From the NCBI GenBank assembly GCA_012518215.1, contig JAAYSV010000008.1:166452-230451 (forward strand): a stretch of DNA of 64,000 nucleotides. Reading direction: 5' to 3'. The DNA is from Bacillota bacterium (GTDB taxonomy: Bacteria; Bacillota; Dethiobacteria; DTU022; PWGO01). Within the stretch, counting starts at the first letter, position 1, and each line of letters starts with the position of its first letter. A model generated the notes under the pieces. That model did not search any database, was not told the origin of the DNA, and saw only the letters and a program-made list of their open reading frames with translations. Position numbers and translations under genes: made by a program. This document shows positions 16,564-26,094 of the stretch, in pieces.

Positions 16564-18348
16564 CTACTTCTCCAAAAAGTATTTCTTCGCCTTGTAAGCC
16601 TCATCTGCCAATTCGCGCTTGATAACATAGGTGTTGAGCGGAATATTACGGCTCAGCAGGAGGATGTTATCCGTATTTCTTGCTGCTTTTTCCGGTTCAA
16701 AAGTACCGGCAATGACCTCGTTGGTCCATGCCTGGCATTTCGGAACCATTTCGCTCACCAGGCACTGGGTCATCAACATCGGCAGGCGGGCAGCTTCCTC
16801 ACCACTTTCAGCGGCAATCTTCCTCGCCCTCAGCAAGGAGCTTTCAGCGGCGAAAACTTCCATGGCAATATTGGCCAGGGCCACCAGAATCTCCTGTTCC
16901 TGCTCGATGGCCTGTTCAAACTGACGTGCTGCATTGCCGCAAGCCAGCAGGAATAGTTTCTTCATGTTTTCAATGACGAAGGCTTCCTTCTCCGGTGACT
17001 CCGTGGGTACCTCCATCTCTTTCAGCTTGTCAAGTTCCCCTTTCAATCCGAAGACAGCGTCCATGAAAGGAAGGTCGCCGCTCATCGCCTTGGGAAGAAG
17101 GGTTCCGGGGATAAGCATGCGGTTGACCTCGTTGGTGCCTTCAAAAATCCGGTTGATACGGCTATCCCGGTACAACCTTTCCACGATATATTCGGCCGAA
17201 TAACCGTAACCACCGTAGATCTGCACTGCCTCATCGACGATCTGATCCAGCCCTTCCGAGCAGTAAACCTTGTTGATCGAACATTCAATGGCGTATTCAC
17301 GAATCGAATTGACAACCTGCTGGTTGGCATCCTCGGCATCCATGTCCACATCTTCCATCTTGGTGTCGATCAGTCCCACGGTGCGATAGACCATACTTTC
17401 CATGGCATAGGTCTTGATCAACATGTCGGCAATCTTGTTCTTGATCAGGTTGAACTGCGCGATGGGCTGGTTGAACTGATGCCTCTCCAGTGCATATTCG
17501 ATCGAAGCTTCAATTGCTTTCTTGGCCCCGCCGACTGCACCGGCAGCCAGCTTGAAGCGGCCGATATTCAAGATATTCAGCGCCACCTGATGTCCCTTGC
17601 CGATCACATGAAGAACGTTTTCCACGGGAACCTTGCAGTCTTCCATGATCACGCTGCAGGTCGAAGATCCATGGATCCCCATCTTCTTCTCCTCGGGACT
17701 GATGGAAAGCCCTTCCGAATCACGATCAACGATAAAAGCGGTGAACTTCTCTCCGTCAATCTTGGCGAATACAATGATCACGTCCGCCCAGGCAGCATTG
17801 GTAATAAACATCTTGGTCCCGTTAAGTATGTAATGCTTGCCGTCTTCAGTCAGAACAGCCGTGGACCTTGCGTTCATGGCATCGGAACCGGCTTCCGGTT
17901 CAGTCAGTGCATATGCCGCAATTTTGTTTCCCACTGCCAGATCGGGAAGATAGCGTTCCTTCTGCTCCTTGGTACCGAAATAGACGATCGGCAGGGTACC
18001 GATACCCGTATGAGCACCGAATGCCGTGGAGAAGGAACCTGAATAGGTCAGGGCTTCGGCAATGAGCGCCGAAGTAGTCTTGTCCCCACCGTCTCCGCCA
18101 TATTCTTCGGGAATATCGCTGCCAAGAAGCCCCAGTTCCCCCGCTTCTTTCAACAGGCCTACCGTCACCCCTTCGGCTTTGGCTTCGATCTCATCAGTGA
18201 GGGGAAATACTTTGTTCTCACCAAAATCATCACACGTCTTCTTGATCATAAGATGCATGTCATCCAGTTCTTCGGGGGTAAAAACATCATCTGGACCAAG
18301 CTGGCTGAGCAAGAAAGACCCACCTTTTACATAATCCTGTTCACTCAT
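16564..18348 (-). CDS. Acyl-CoA dehydrogenase, long (~594 aa) form with C-terminal extension
   Basis: ORF 16564..18387 trimmed to ATG 18348 (SD AAGGAGGAG, spacer 9; MSEQDYVKGG...). ACAD N/M/C domains are present (YALTEPEAGSDA, catalytic region IYGGYGYSAEYIVERLYRDSRINRIFEGTNEVNR) plus an extra ~200-aa C-terminal domain. Confidence 0.9.
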   Translation of the reverse strand: MSEQDYVKGGSFLLSQLGPDDVFTPEELDDMHLMIKKTCDDFGENKVFPLTDEIEAKAEGVTVGLLKEAGELGLLGSDIPEEYGGDGGDKTTSALIAEALTYSGSFSTAFGAHTGIGTLPIVYFGTKEQKERYLPDLAVGNKIAAYALTEPEAGSDAMNARSTAVLTEDGKHYILNGTKMFITNAAWADVIIVFAKIDGEKFTAFIVDRDSEGLSISPEEKKMGIHGSSTCSVIMEDCKVPVENVLHVIGKGHQVALNILNIGRFKLAAGAVGGAKKAIEASIEYALERHQFNQPIAQFNLIKNKIADMLIKTYAMESMVYRTVGLIDTKMEDVDMDAEDANQQVVNSIREYAIECSINKVYCSEGLDQIVDEAVQIYGGYGYSAEYIVERLYRDSRINRIFEGTNEVNRMLIPGTLLPKAMSGDLPFMDAVFGLKGELDKLKEMEVPTESPEKEAFVIENMKKLFLLACGNAARQFEQAIEQEQEILVALANIAMEVFAAESSLLRARKIAAESGEEAARLPMLMTQCLVSEMVPKCQAWTNEVIAGTFEPEKAARNTDNILLLSRNIPLNTYVIKRELADEAYKAKKYFLEK

Positions 18349-18414
18349 ACAACAATTCTCCTCCTTGATTTTTTTTAAATAAAACATTTTTGGTTGAAAC
18401 CAATAACTATACTT

Positions 18415-18438
18415 ACTTAACTATTTCGCTAGTTAAGT
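18415..18438. promoter_or_regulatory. Perfect 9-bp inverted repeat ACTTAACTA-N6-TAGTTAAGT, candidate repressor operator upstream of the acyl-CoA dehydrogenase gene
   Basis: Seen directly about 70-90 bp upstream of the ACAD start in an AT-rich promoter region. It has dyad symmetry typical of TetR/FadR-type operators. Confidence 0.4.
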
Positions 18439-18815
18439 TTTATTCCCTGCAAGATTCCAAAAAAAATATATTTAATTTTGCCACATCCTGCAATATTGCC
18501 ACTTCATGCGCAAGTCCCGCAAATTTAACGGCCCCATTCAGCCGGTACATTGTCCCCCTGTACCATTTTTGAAAACAAATCGGTTATTTCCCGGGCAAGC
18601 GCAAAATGCGATTCCATTCCCTGTTTTTTGCCAAAATCAGTTTTCGTCCCCTCCCCGGGTCTGAAAAAGTGTATCCTTTCCCCGCGCCTCCGTGTTTCTT
18701 GGTTTCGCGCACTGTTGTAAAACATTGATACAAATCTGCCATTATTTTTACAATTAAAAATAAACGAATCTGTGTTTTAATGTAATAGCGATCATGTTAT
18801 GGGACGTGGTATGTC

Positions 18816-21260
18816 ATGTTTGGAAACAAGGAACGATTCAAAGCATGTTTTGTTGAAAAACTCAAAAATCTACGCGGGAAAGATTGCCTGCAAGCAACTT
18901 CTCTGGATATTTACCAGGTTCTGGGCACGATGATCCGTGAAGCGATCACGGATGAATGGTCGGCTACGATGGCGCGGTATCATGAACTGGGTGCCAAGCA
19001 AGTTTACTATCTGTCCATGGAATTTCTCCTGGGGCGTCTGCTGGAAAGCAACATGATCAATCTTCATATCCTGGAACTGTGCCGCGAAGGGTTGCACGAA
19101 CTTGGCATCGAACTGGCCGACATTGTCGCTGAAGAACCCGATGCCGGCCTGGGAAACGGCGGCCTTGGCCGCCTGGCGGCCTGTTTTCTGGATTCCCTGG
19201 CTTCCCTGGGCCTGCCTGGCCATGGATGTGGAATCAGATACAGATACGGGCTTTTTGAACAAAAAATTGTCGATGGTTACCAGATAGAACTCCCCGAAAA
19301 CTGGCTCAAGGAGGGCAATGTCTGGGAAATACGCCGGGTAGAGGAAACGGTTGAGGTAAAGTTTGGCGGGCACATCGAATTTGAAGAAAGAAATGGCCGC
19401 TACTTTTTCCACCATAGAAATGCTGAAATAATCAATGCGGTTCCCTATGATATGCCCATGATCGGCTTTGATGGCAAGACTGTCAATACGCTTCGCTTGT
19501 GGGATGCCGAGGCATCCAAAACCGAACTGTGCGCCATCATGGACTGTTACCAGCGTATCGTTGACTACAAGCATAACCTGGAATCAATCTCTGCTTTTCT
19601 CTATCCCGACGACTCACATCATGAGGGCAAAATACTGCGTCTCAAACAACAGTATTTTCTTGTTTCCGCCGCCATCCAGAGTATCACCCGCTGTGTCAAA
19701 AACAGGTATGGTTCCCTGGAAAGATTGAACGAGCTGGTGGCAATCCATATCAATGACACTCACCCGGCTCTGGCCATTCCCGAACTCATGCGCATCCTGA
19801 TGGACAGGGAGGGAATGTCCTGGGAAAAAGCATGGGAAATCACAACCGGGACAATCTCTTACACCAACCATACCACCCTCGTGGAGGCTCTTGAAAAATG
19901 GCCCGTGGGTCTGTTCAAACCATTGCTGCCACGTATCTACATGATCATCGAGGAGATCAACAACCGTTTCTGCCAAACCATAATGAAAGAATACCCCCTC
20001 TACCGGGACAAGATCGGCTCCATGTCCATCATTGCCGACAAACACGTGAAGATGGCTCATCTTGCCCTGGTAGGCAGTCACAGTATAAACGGTGTAGCCA
20101 GGTTGCATACCGAAATCCTCAAACACCGGGAGATGAAAAATTTCTACGGGATATTTCCGGGGAAATTCAATAACAAGACCAACGGGATCACTCACCGCCG
20201 TTGGCTTTTGAAGGTCAACCCGCTGCTGTCAAATCTGATCAACGAAACCATCGGGCCGGATTGGATCAAACACCCCCGTTCCCTGATAGCATTATCTGAT
20301 TATGTCGAAGATTCAGCTTTTCTGGACAGGCTTTACGATATAAAACAGTGCAACAAAGCTGCGCTGGCCCGGATTGTAGAGGAAAAACATGACCTTAAAA
20401 TCGATACCCATTCCATCTTCGACGTCCAGGTAAAACGGCTCCACCTTTACAAACGCCAGCTGCTCAACATCATGCACATCATGGATCTCTACAACCGCCT
20501 TCTGGAAAACCCGGATATACAGATAACCCCCCGCACCTTTATTTTTGCAGCCAAGGCATTCCCGAACTATTATCTGGCCAAAAAAATAATCAAGCTGATC
20601 AACACCGTGGCCGGGGTTATCAATACCGACCGCAGGATAAGGGACCGCATCAAGGTCGTCTTCCTGGAAAATTACCGTGTTTCGCTGGCTGACATCATTA
20701 TCCCCGCAGCAGATCTGAGCCAGCAGATCTCGACGGCGAGCAAGGAAGCTTCCGGTACAGGCAACATGAAATTCATGTTGAACGGCGCGGTGACAATCGG
20801 CACCCTTGATGGTGCCAACATCGAAATAATGGAAGCCGTCGGTGAAGACAATATCATCACATTCGGATTGACGGCCGATGAAGTCAACAATTATCATGAA
20901 AAAGGTCATTACCGTTCTACCGATATCTACAACACCAACCCCCGTATCAGGAAGGTAACCGACCAGCTGATAAACGGTTTTCTTCCCACCGGGGAACATG
21001 AATTCAGGGCCATTTTCGATCATCTCATCGGCGGCAACGATGAATTTTTTGTGTTGAAGGATCTCCCCTCTTTCGGTGCCGCCCGTGAAAGGGCGGAGCA
21101 TGCATACGGCAACAGGCAAAGCTGGCAGAAAAAATGCGCTGTCAACATCGCCCACGCGGGCAAATTTTCCAGCGACCTTACGATAAAAAGATATGCCGAT
21201 GAGATCTGGAAAATCGAGCCCGTTACCACAGCCCTGCCGACAGAAATCGGTCAGCGGTAA
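18816..21260 (+). CDS. glgP: Glycogen / maltodextrin phosphorylase
   Basis: 814 aa with GT35 family motifs (YYLSMEFLLGR, EPDAGLGNGGLGRLAACFLDS, PLP-Lys region EASGTGNMKFMLNGA). Confidence 0.9.
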   Translation: MFGNKERFKACFVEKLKNLRGKDCLQATSLDIYQVLGTMIREAITDEWSATMARYHELGAKQVYYLSMEFLLGRLLESNMINLHILELCREGLHELGIELADIVAEEPDAGLGNGGLGRLAACFLDSLASLGLPGHGCGIRYRYGLFEQKIVDGYQIELPENWLKEGNVWEIRRVEETVEVKFGGHIEFEERNGRYFFHHRNAEIINAVPYDMPMIGFDGKTVNTLRLWDAEASKTELCAIMDCYQRIVDYKHNLESISAFLYPDDSHHEGKILRLKQQYFLVSAAIQSITRCVKNRYGSLERLNELVAIHINDTHPALAIPELMRILMDREGMSWEKAWEITTGTISYTNHTTLVEALEKWPVGLFKPLLPRIYMIIEEINNRFCQTIMKEYPLYRDKIGSMSIIADKHVKMAHLALVGSHSINGVARLHTEILKHREMKNFYGIFPGKFNNKTNGITHRRWLLKVNPLLSNLINETIGPDWIKHPRSLIALSDYVEDSAFLDRLYDIKQCNKAALARIVEEKHDLKIDTHSIFDVQVKRLHLYKRQLLNIMHIMDLYNRLLENPDIQITPRTFIFAAKAFPNYYLAKKIIKLINTVAGVINTDRRIRDRIKVVFLENYRVSLADIIIPAADLSQQISTASKEASGTGNMKFMLNGAVTIGTLDGANIEIMEAVGEDNIITFGLTADEVNNYHEKGHYRSTDIYNTNPRIRKVTDQLINGFLPTGEHEFRAIFDHLIGGNDEFFVLKDLPSFGAARERAEHAYGNRQSWQKKCAVNIAHAGKFSSDLTIKRYADEIWKIEPVTTALPTEIGQR

Positions 21261-21302
21261 CTGCTGCACCCCTGTTTCCTTTCGATTGCAGCCATAAAAA
21301 TT

Positions 21303-21337
21303 CATAAAAAATGGGGAGAACGCAAATCGTTCACCCC
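21303..21337 (-). terminator. Candidate terminator after the HTH gene
   Basis: Minus strand: GGGGUGAACG-AUUUG-CGUUCUCCCC followed by AUUUUUUAUG. Confidence 0.4.
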
Positions 21338-21375
21338 GGTTGTTACTTCCTCCACCCCATCAAGCCCGAAAAGGT

Positions 21376-21981
21376 CTATCCGTTTTCTTTTTCTTTCAGG
21401 GCCTGGATCTTCTTGGACAATATTTCAATCTTCTTCTCCAGTTGTTCCACATCCTGCCTGGTAACGATCTTGCTTCTGACCGCCTCGACCCCCTCCATCA
21501 ATTTGATCAGATAGATATTTTTCTGTTCTTCAAATTTATCCATGAACGAATCGACCAGACTGTCGGCATCCTCGATGTGCAGGCCCCCTTTTTCGGCCAG
21601 AGACCTGGTCAGCTCCTCGGCCCTGTCTTTCCATTCCAGGACAAAATCGATGGCCTGCGATATAAATTCACCGGACAACAATGCCTCCACGATGCCACTT
21701 TCCTTGATACAAAAACCCTTTTTCCCCTCCGGAACCCCCGGTGAGGCGTCCGCGGCTGGAGAAGACTGCGGATCGGTGTCGGTAACCGCCTGTTCCACTA
21801 TCCGGTCGGCTTTTCGCATCCGTTTCCTTTCAATTTCCTCATCTGTCAAAGATACCAACCAATGCCCACGATTGTCTTTGCGCGCCTCTATTGTTTTACG
21901 TTCTATCCTCCTCTGGATCGCGCTCGGTGTAACTCCAAGAAGCAACGCCGCCTCTTTCTTCGAATATTCCCTTCTGCTCAT
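21376..21981 (-). CDS. Excisionase-family (HTH_17-type) DNA-binding protein with long C-terminal coiled coil
   Basis: N-terminus KKEAALLLGVTPSAIQRRIERKTIEARKDNRGHWLV matches MerR/excisionase-type HTH (PF12728-like). The C-terminal half is acidic and coiled-coil. It lies directly downstream of tRNA-Sec. Confidence 0.6.
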   Translation of the reverse strand: MSRREYSKKEAALLLGVTPSAIQRRIERKTIEARKDNRGHWLVSLTDEEIERKRMRKADRIVEQAVTDTDPQSSPAADASPGVPEGKKGFCIKESGIVEALLSGEFISQAIDFVLEWKDRAEELTRSLAEKGGLHIEDADSLVDSFMDKFEEQKNIYLIKLMEGVEAVRSKIVTRQDVEQLEKKIEILSKKIQALKEKENG

Positions 21982-22114
21982 GCTTTACCCCCCTGTCAAA
22001 TCAACTTCAAGTCTGCCCCCGGAAACAAACTGATGGAATGGCACCACTCACACTTCATTTTACCACAAATTATGTTTTACGTTAACCCCAACTTCTCTTC
22101 TTGCAACACAGCAA

Positions 22115-22210
22115 TGGCGGGAGTAGATGGGAATCGAACCCACCGTGGACGGATCGCGCCCACCACTGGATTTGAAGTCCAGGAGCGTCACCAGACCGCC
22201 AACTACCCCC
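22115..22210 (-). tRNA. selC: tRNA-Sec (anticodon UCA), 96 nt
   Basis: Minus strand: GGGGGTAGTTGGCGGTCTGGTGACGCTCCTGGACTTCAAATCCAGTGGTGGGCGCGATCCGTCCACGGTGGGTTCGATTCCCATCTACTCCCGCCA. It has an 8-bp acceptor stem, an anticodon loop CTTCAAA identical to E. coli selC, a long variable arm, and encoded CCA. Confidence 0.9.
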
Positions 22211-22397
22211 GTGCAGGAAACTTGTCCACACATTATCTTACTAGAATCATCCGAATTAATCAACCTTGAACAGCTCCCCCGGAAACTGCTTCAAAACGGG
22301 GCTGTGCCAAAGAAATTGGCATTCAAGCAGGACATCTTCTCCCTTTGTTTGAATATTTTAAACATATATCTATCAAACATCGGGAGGGAAAAATAAT

Positions 22398-23843
22398 ATG
22401 CCTGAAAACAAATATATCAGCAGCCTGAAAAAATTGAAGCGCAAAGTCTATATCCGGGGCACCCCGGTCGATGCACCGCAGGAACATCCGCTGGTGCAGC
22501 TCAGCACCGCAGCAGTAGCCCGGTCCTATGCTCTGCAGGGCCAGCCGGAACACGAACAGCTGATCTATGCGAACTCTCATCTGGATGGCCGCCGCATCAA
22601 TCGTTTCACCCATATTCATCGCTCGGCAGAAGACCTGATCAACAAGGTAAAGTTGCAGCGTCTTCTTGGCCAGCAGACGGGAACATGCTTTCAGCGTTGC
22701 GTGGGCATGGACGCTTTGAATGCACTGGAAATCACCACTTTTGAACTGGAACGGGATCTGGGCACACCCTATCATCGTAATTTCAACCATTTCCTGCAGC
22801 AGGTTCAGGAGGAGAATGCTGTCTGTGACGGGGCAATGACCGACCCCAAGGGGGATCGCAGCAAGCGCCCCCATGAACAGGCCGACCCCGATCTATACCT
22901 GCGAGTAGTCAGCCGGAACAGGGAAGGTATCGTGGTCAACGGTGCGAAATGCCATCAGACCGGCGCGCTCAATTCCCACTACATCATCGCCATGCCAACC
23001 ACGGCAATGCGTGAAGAGGACCGTGATTATGCCGTGGCCTTTGCCGTGGAAGCGGATAACCCGCAATTGATCTACATTCTGGGGCGCCAACCTTCGGATC
23101 TCCGCAAAATGGAACCTGATCGTGCCGACACCGGCAACATGTATTTCGGTGGACAGGAATGCCTCATCATCTTCGATCATGTTTTTATCCCCTGGGAAAG
23201 AGTATTCCTCTGCGGGGAATACGATTATTCCGGCCGGCTGGTCGAACGTTTTGCCGGTTATCATCGCCAGAGCTACGGCGGCTGCAAGACCGGAGTGGGC
23301 GACCTGCTTATCGGTGCAGCGGCCTCATTGGCAGAATACCATGGCCTCGACAGGGCTTCCCACATCAAGGATAAACTTGTGGAGATGATTCATCTGAATG
23401 AAACGATATTCTGCTGCGGTATTGCCTGCTCTTCCCGGGGCAACCCCACCGCTTCGGGAACGTATCTTGTTGACCTTCTGCTGGCCAATGTCTGCAAATT
23501 GAATGTGACCCGTTTTCCCTACGAGATAGCAAGGCTTGCCGAGGACATCGCCGGCGGTCTGGTGGCCACCCTGCCATCACTGAAAGATCTGGAACATCCG
23601 GAGATCGGGCCGTTGTTGAAAAAATATTTTCAAGGCGTTGCCGGCATGGAAACCACCTGCCGCCTCAGGATGCTGCGTTTTGTGGAAAACCTTACCCTGG
23701 GAGCAGCAGCCGCCGCCTACCTGACCGAATCCTTGCATGGCGCCGGTTCACCTCAGGCCCAGCGGGTGGTCATCGCCAGGCAGGCTGATCTGGAAGGGAA
23801 GAAAAGAATGGCCCGGAAGTTGGCTGGAATCAAGGATGATTGA
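22398..23843 (+). CDS. abfD: 4-hydroxybutyryl-CoA dehydratase / vinylacetyl-CoA delta-isomerase
   Basis: 481 aa, collinear with Clostridium aminobutyricum AbfD. The 4Fe-4S ligand motifs CFQRCVG and H(x6)C (YHRQSYGGCKTG) are conserved, as are FAD-fold regions (DGAMTDPKGDR, HLNETIFCCGIAC). SD GGGAGGG. Confidence 0.9.
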   Translation: MPENKYISSLKKLKRKVYIRGTPVDAPQEHPLVQLSTAAVARSYALQGQPEHEQLIYANSHLDGRRINRFTHIHRSAEDLINKVKLQRLLGQQTGTCFQRCVGMDALNALEITTFELERDLGTPYHRNFNHFLQQVQEENAVCDGAMTDPKGDRSKRPHEQADPDLYLRVVSRNREGIVVNGAKCHQTGALNSHYIIAMPTTAMREEDRDYAVAFAVEADNPQLIYILGRQPSDLRKMEPDRADTGNMYFGGQECLIIFDHVFIPWERVFLCGEYDYSGRLVERFAGYHRQSYGGCKTGVGDLLIGAAASLAEYHGLDRASHIKDKLVEMIHLNETIFCCGIACSSRGNPTASGTYLVDLLLANVCKLNVTRFPYEIARLAEDIAGGLVATLPSLKDLEHPEIGPLLKKYFQGVAGMETTCRLRMLRFVENLTLGAAAAAYLTESLHGAGSPQAQRVVIARQADLEGKKRMARKLAGIKDD

Positions 23844-23845
23844 TT

Positions 23846-24601
23846 TCAAACATCCAGGAGATTGTCGGCATCCTCGATCTTCTTCTGTTTCCGCCGCTGT
23901 ACCAGCACCACCATGAAGATGCCAAGCTCGTAGAGAATCATCAGGGGGAGAGTCATCAAAACCTGGGAAAAAACGTCCGGCGGGGTAATTATTGCCGAAA
24001 GAACCAGCATGACCAGCAGGGCATACTTGCGGTTTGCCCGCAAAAAAGCCGGGCGGACCAATTCCAGGGCCCCCAGGAACAGAAACACCAGTGGAAGCTG
24101 AAAAGCCAGGCCGAAAGCAAACATGAATGATATCGAAAAGGAGAGATAGTTGTGCAGGGTGAAAACGGCTTCCAGCGTCTCATCTTCAAAACTTTTGAAA
24201 AACTGTATGGCCATGGGATACACGACCATGTAGGAAAATACCAGCCCGGCAACAAAAAGAAAGATCATGAAGAGCGGAAGGAAGATCATCAGTTTCTTCC
24301 GCTCCCTGGTCAGGAATGGCCAGAACAGGGCGATGATCTGATATATCAACAGGGGAGAAACGAGCACGACCCCTGCAGCAAAAGCAAGCCGGATATTGGC
24401 CATCAATGCTTCTGCCGGTGAAATATAGATCAACTCCGGGTTTCCAGCCGGTTTCAACAGAAGCACGCGGATTTCATTGATATAGTAGAAACAGACGATG
24501 CCGGAGACAAAAACACATACGATCATGATCACCAGGCGCTTTCTGAGGTCCTCGAGCCTGGCCAACCAGTTGCCTGCCCTGTTGCCCCCTTCCTCCATCA
24601 C
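23846..24601 (-). CDS. tatC: Twin-arginine translocase subunit TatC
   Basis: 251 aa with six predicted TM segments. TatC signature HLEDLRKRL..., PAEALMANIRLAF, ALELV. Confidence 0.85.
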   Translation of the reverse strand: MMEEGGNRAGNWLARLEDLRKRLVIMIVCVFVSGIVCFYYINEIRVLLLKPAGNPELIYISPAEALMANIRLAFAAGVVLVSPLLIYQIIALFWPFLTRERKKLMIFLPLFMIFLFVAGLVFSYMVVYPMAIQFFKSFEDETLEAVFTLHNYLSFSISFMFAFGLAFQLPLVFLFLGALELVRPAFLRANRKYALLVMLVLSAIITPPDVFSQVLMTLPLMILYELGIFMVVLVQRRKQKKIEDADNLLDV

Positions 24602-25266
24602 CGTTCCTCGCTTTCCCCTTCATTTCCGGTTCCATCAAGACCATCGTAGCGGGCAATCTCCTGCCGGGCATGAAGATACAGATCGGAGCCTTCCGGTTCG
24701 GAAGCCAATATTACCTCCAGCTGTTCCCGGGCAGCCACCGGATCGCGACGGTATTCATCCAGCAATTTACTCAAATAATAACGGTCAAGATTGTTGTCAG
24801 GATCCCCTGCAAGCCGTTCCCTCAGAAGCCCCTCCCCCTGGACCGCTTTCTCCGCGGCTTTCTCGTCAAGGCCCATCATGCTGTAGACATCGTAAAGCTG
24901 CATATAATTCTCGGGTTCACGGGGTTCCATTTCAACAGCCTGTTCCAGAACCGAAGCTGCTTTTTCCAGATACTTTTGCCTTTCCTCGACGCGATCAAGA
25001 TACAAAGAACCGGCAATATATGCGGAAGCCAACTCCCTCAACAGATATGCCCCGGGCTCATTTTCCTCCAGGTATTTTTCCAGGGAAGCAATCCATTCTT
25101 GACTTCGCTCCACGGCATCCCCGGAACCGGAATTGGTCTGGCCATGGTTATTTCCCGCACCCTGTCCGCCAATAATATTTACCATATTGTAAAGGGGCAG
25201 AATCATGGCCACCACAAGGACAATGACCACCAATGTTGCCCAGAATCCTCTGCCGCGCCCGATCAA
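24598..25266 (-). CDS. TPR-repeat protein with N-terminal membrane anchor
   Basis: N-terminal TM helix (FWATLVVIVLVVAMILPLY) followed by TPR-like repeats. TTG start with SD AAAGGGG. 4-nt overlap with tatC. Confidence 0.6.
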   Translation of the reverse strand: MIGRGRGFWATLVVIVLVVAMILPLYNMVNIIGGQGAGNNHGQTNSGSGDAVERSQEWIASLEKYLEENEPGAYLLRELASAYIAGSLYLDRVEERQKYLEKAASVLEQAVEMEPREPENYMQLYDVYSMMGLDEKAAEKAVQGEGLLRERLAGDPDNNLDRYYLSKLLDEYRRDPVAAREQLEVILASEPEGSDLYLHARQEIARYDGLDGTGNEGESEER

Positions 25267-25292
25267 TGTGCAGCAGCCCCTTTCGATCCATA

Positions 25293-26027
25293 TTATTTTC
25301 TACTGATTTTATCTTCACTGAACATGACCAGCAGCCTGCCGCAGTTCTCACAATACACCAATGATTGTGGATTGTAAAGGTTGCCCCTCTGGGCCGAAGA
25401 AATGAATACCCGACAACCTTCACAGATATTGTCGGCAACACGTGCCATCCCTTTTTTGTCCGGTCTCTGACACACTATCCTGTACCTTTCCAGGTAAAAA
25501 TCATCTATCTTTTCCAGAAGCCCCTTTCTCTCCGTTTTCAGTTCGGCGATATTCCGCTCGATTTCGGCCATCCGTTCTTTCAGATCGGAGCGTCTGCTCT
25601 CCATGATCTTCTTGCAATCTGCCACCATCATCTTCCCGGATTCCCGGGTTTTCTCCACTGTTTCCAACTCCTCGATCAATTCGAGGATTTTGTTTTCCAG
25701 GGCATCTTTGTTTTTTTCAACGCTGGTCAGACGCTTCTCCATCATCTCCAGTTCACGCACGTTGGAAACCTCACCGCCGTACAGCCGTGTCTTCAGGTTC
25801 TTGATCTCGTCGGTTGCAGATTGCAGGTTGAGTTCCTGCCGCTTTATCTCCTTCTGCCTGGCTTTGATGTCTTCGCCGATTTCTTCCAGCCTCTCCTTCT
25901 CCCTGCGGAATCTGTCCTCGCTTGCCTTTGATTCCGCAATCAGGGGATCTTCTTTGAGTTGTTTTTCCAGCTCCGCGATGGATGTATCGCACTCCTGCAG
26001 ATGCCACAACAGTTCCAGCTGTTCCAT
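25293..26027 (-). CDS. COG1579/DUF164-type zinc-ribbon protein (long coiled coil + C-terminal CxxC...CxxC)
   Basis: Coiled-coil N-region and C-terminal CEGCRV...CENCGRLL zinc ribbon. SD AAGGAGAGGAGGG. Confidence 0.6.
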   Translation of the reverse strand: MEQLELLWHLQECDTSIAELEKQLKEDPLIAESKASEDRFRREKERLEEIGEDIKARQKEIKRQELNLQSATDEIKNLKTRLYGGEVSNVRELEMMEKRLTSVEKNKDALENKILELIEELETVEKTRESGKMMVADCKKIMESRRSDLKERMAEIERNIAELKTERKGLLEKIDDFYLERYRIVCQRPDKKGMARVADNICEGCRVFISSAQRGNLYNPQSLVYCENCGRLLVMFSEDKISRK

Positions 26028-26054
26028 GCAAGCCCTCCTCTCCTTGTAAAAACC

Positions 26055-26090
26055 TTTTCAATAAAAAAGGATAGGGTTTCGACCCTATCC
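26055..26090 (-). terminator. Intrinsic terminator after nif3-family gene
   Basis: GGAUAGGGU-UUCG-ACCCUAUCC followed on the minus strand by UUUUUUAUUG. Confidence 0.6.
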
Positions 26091-26094
26091 TTGC

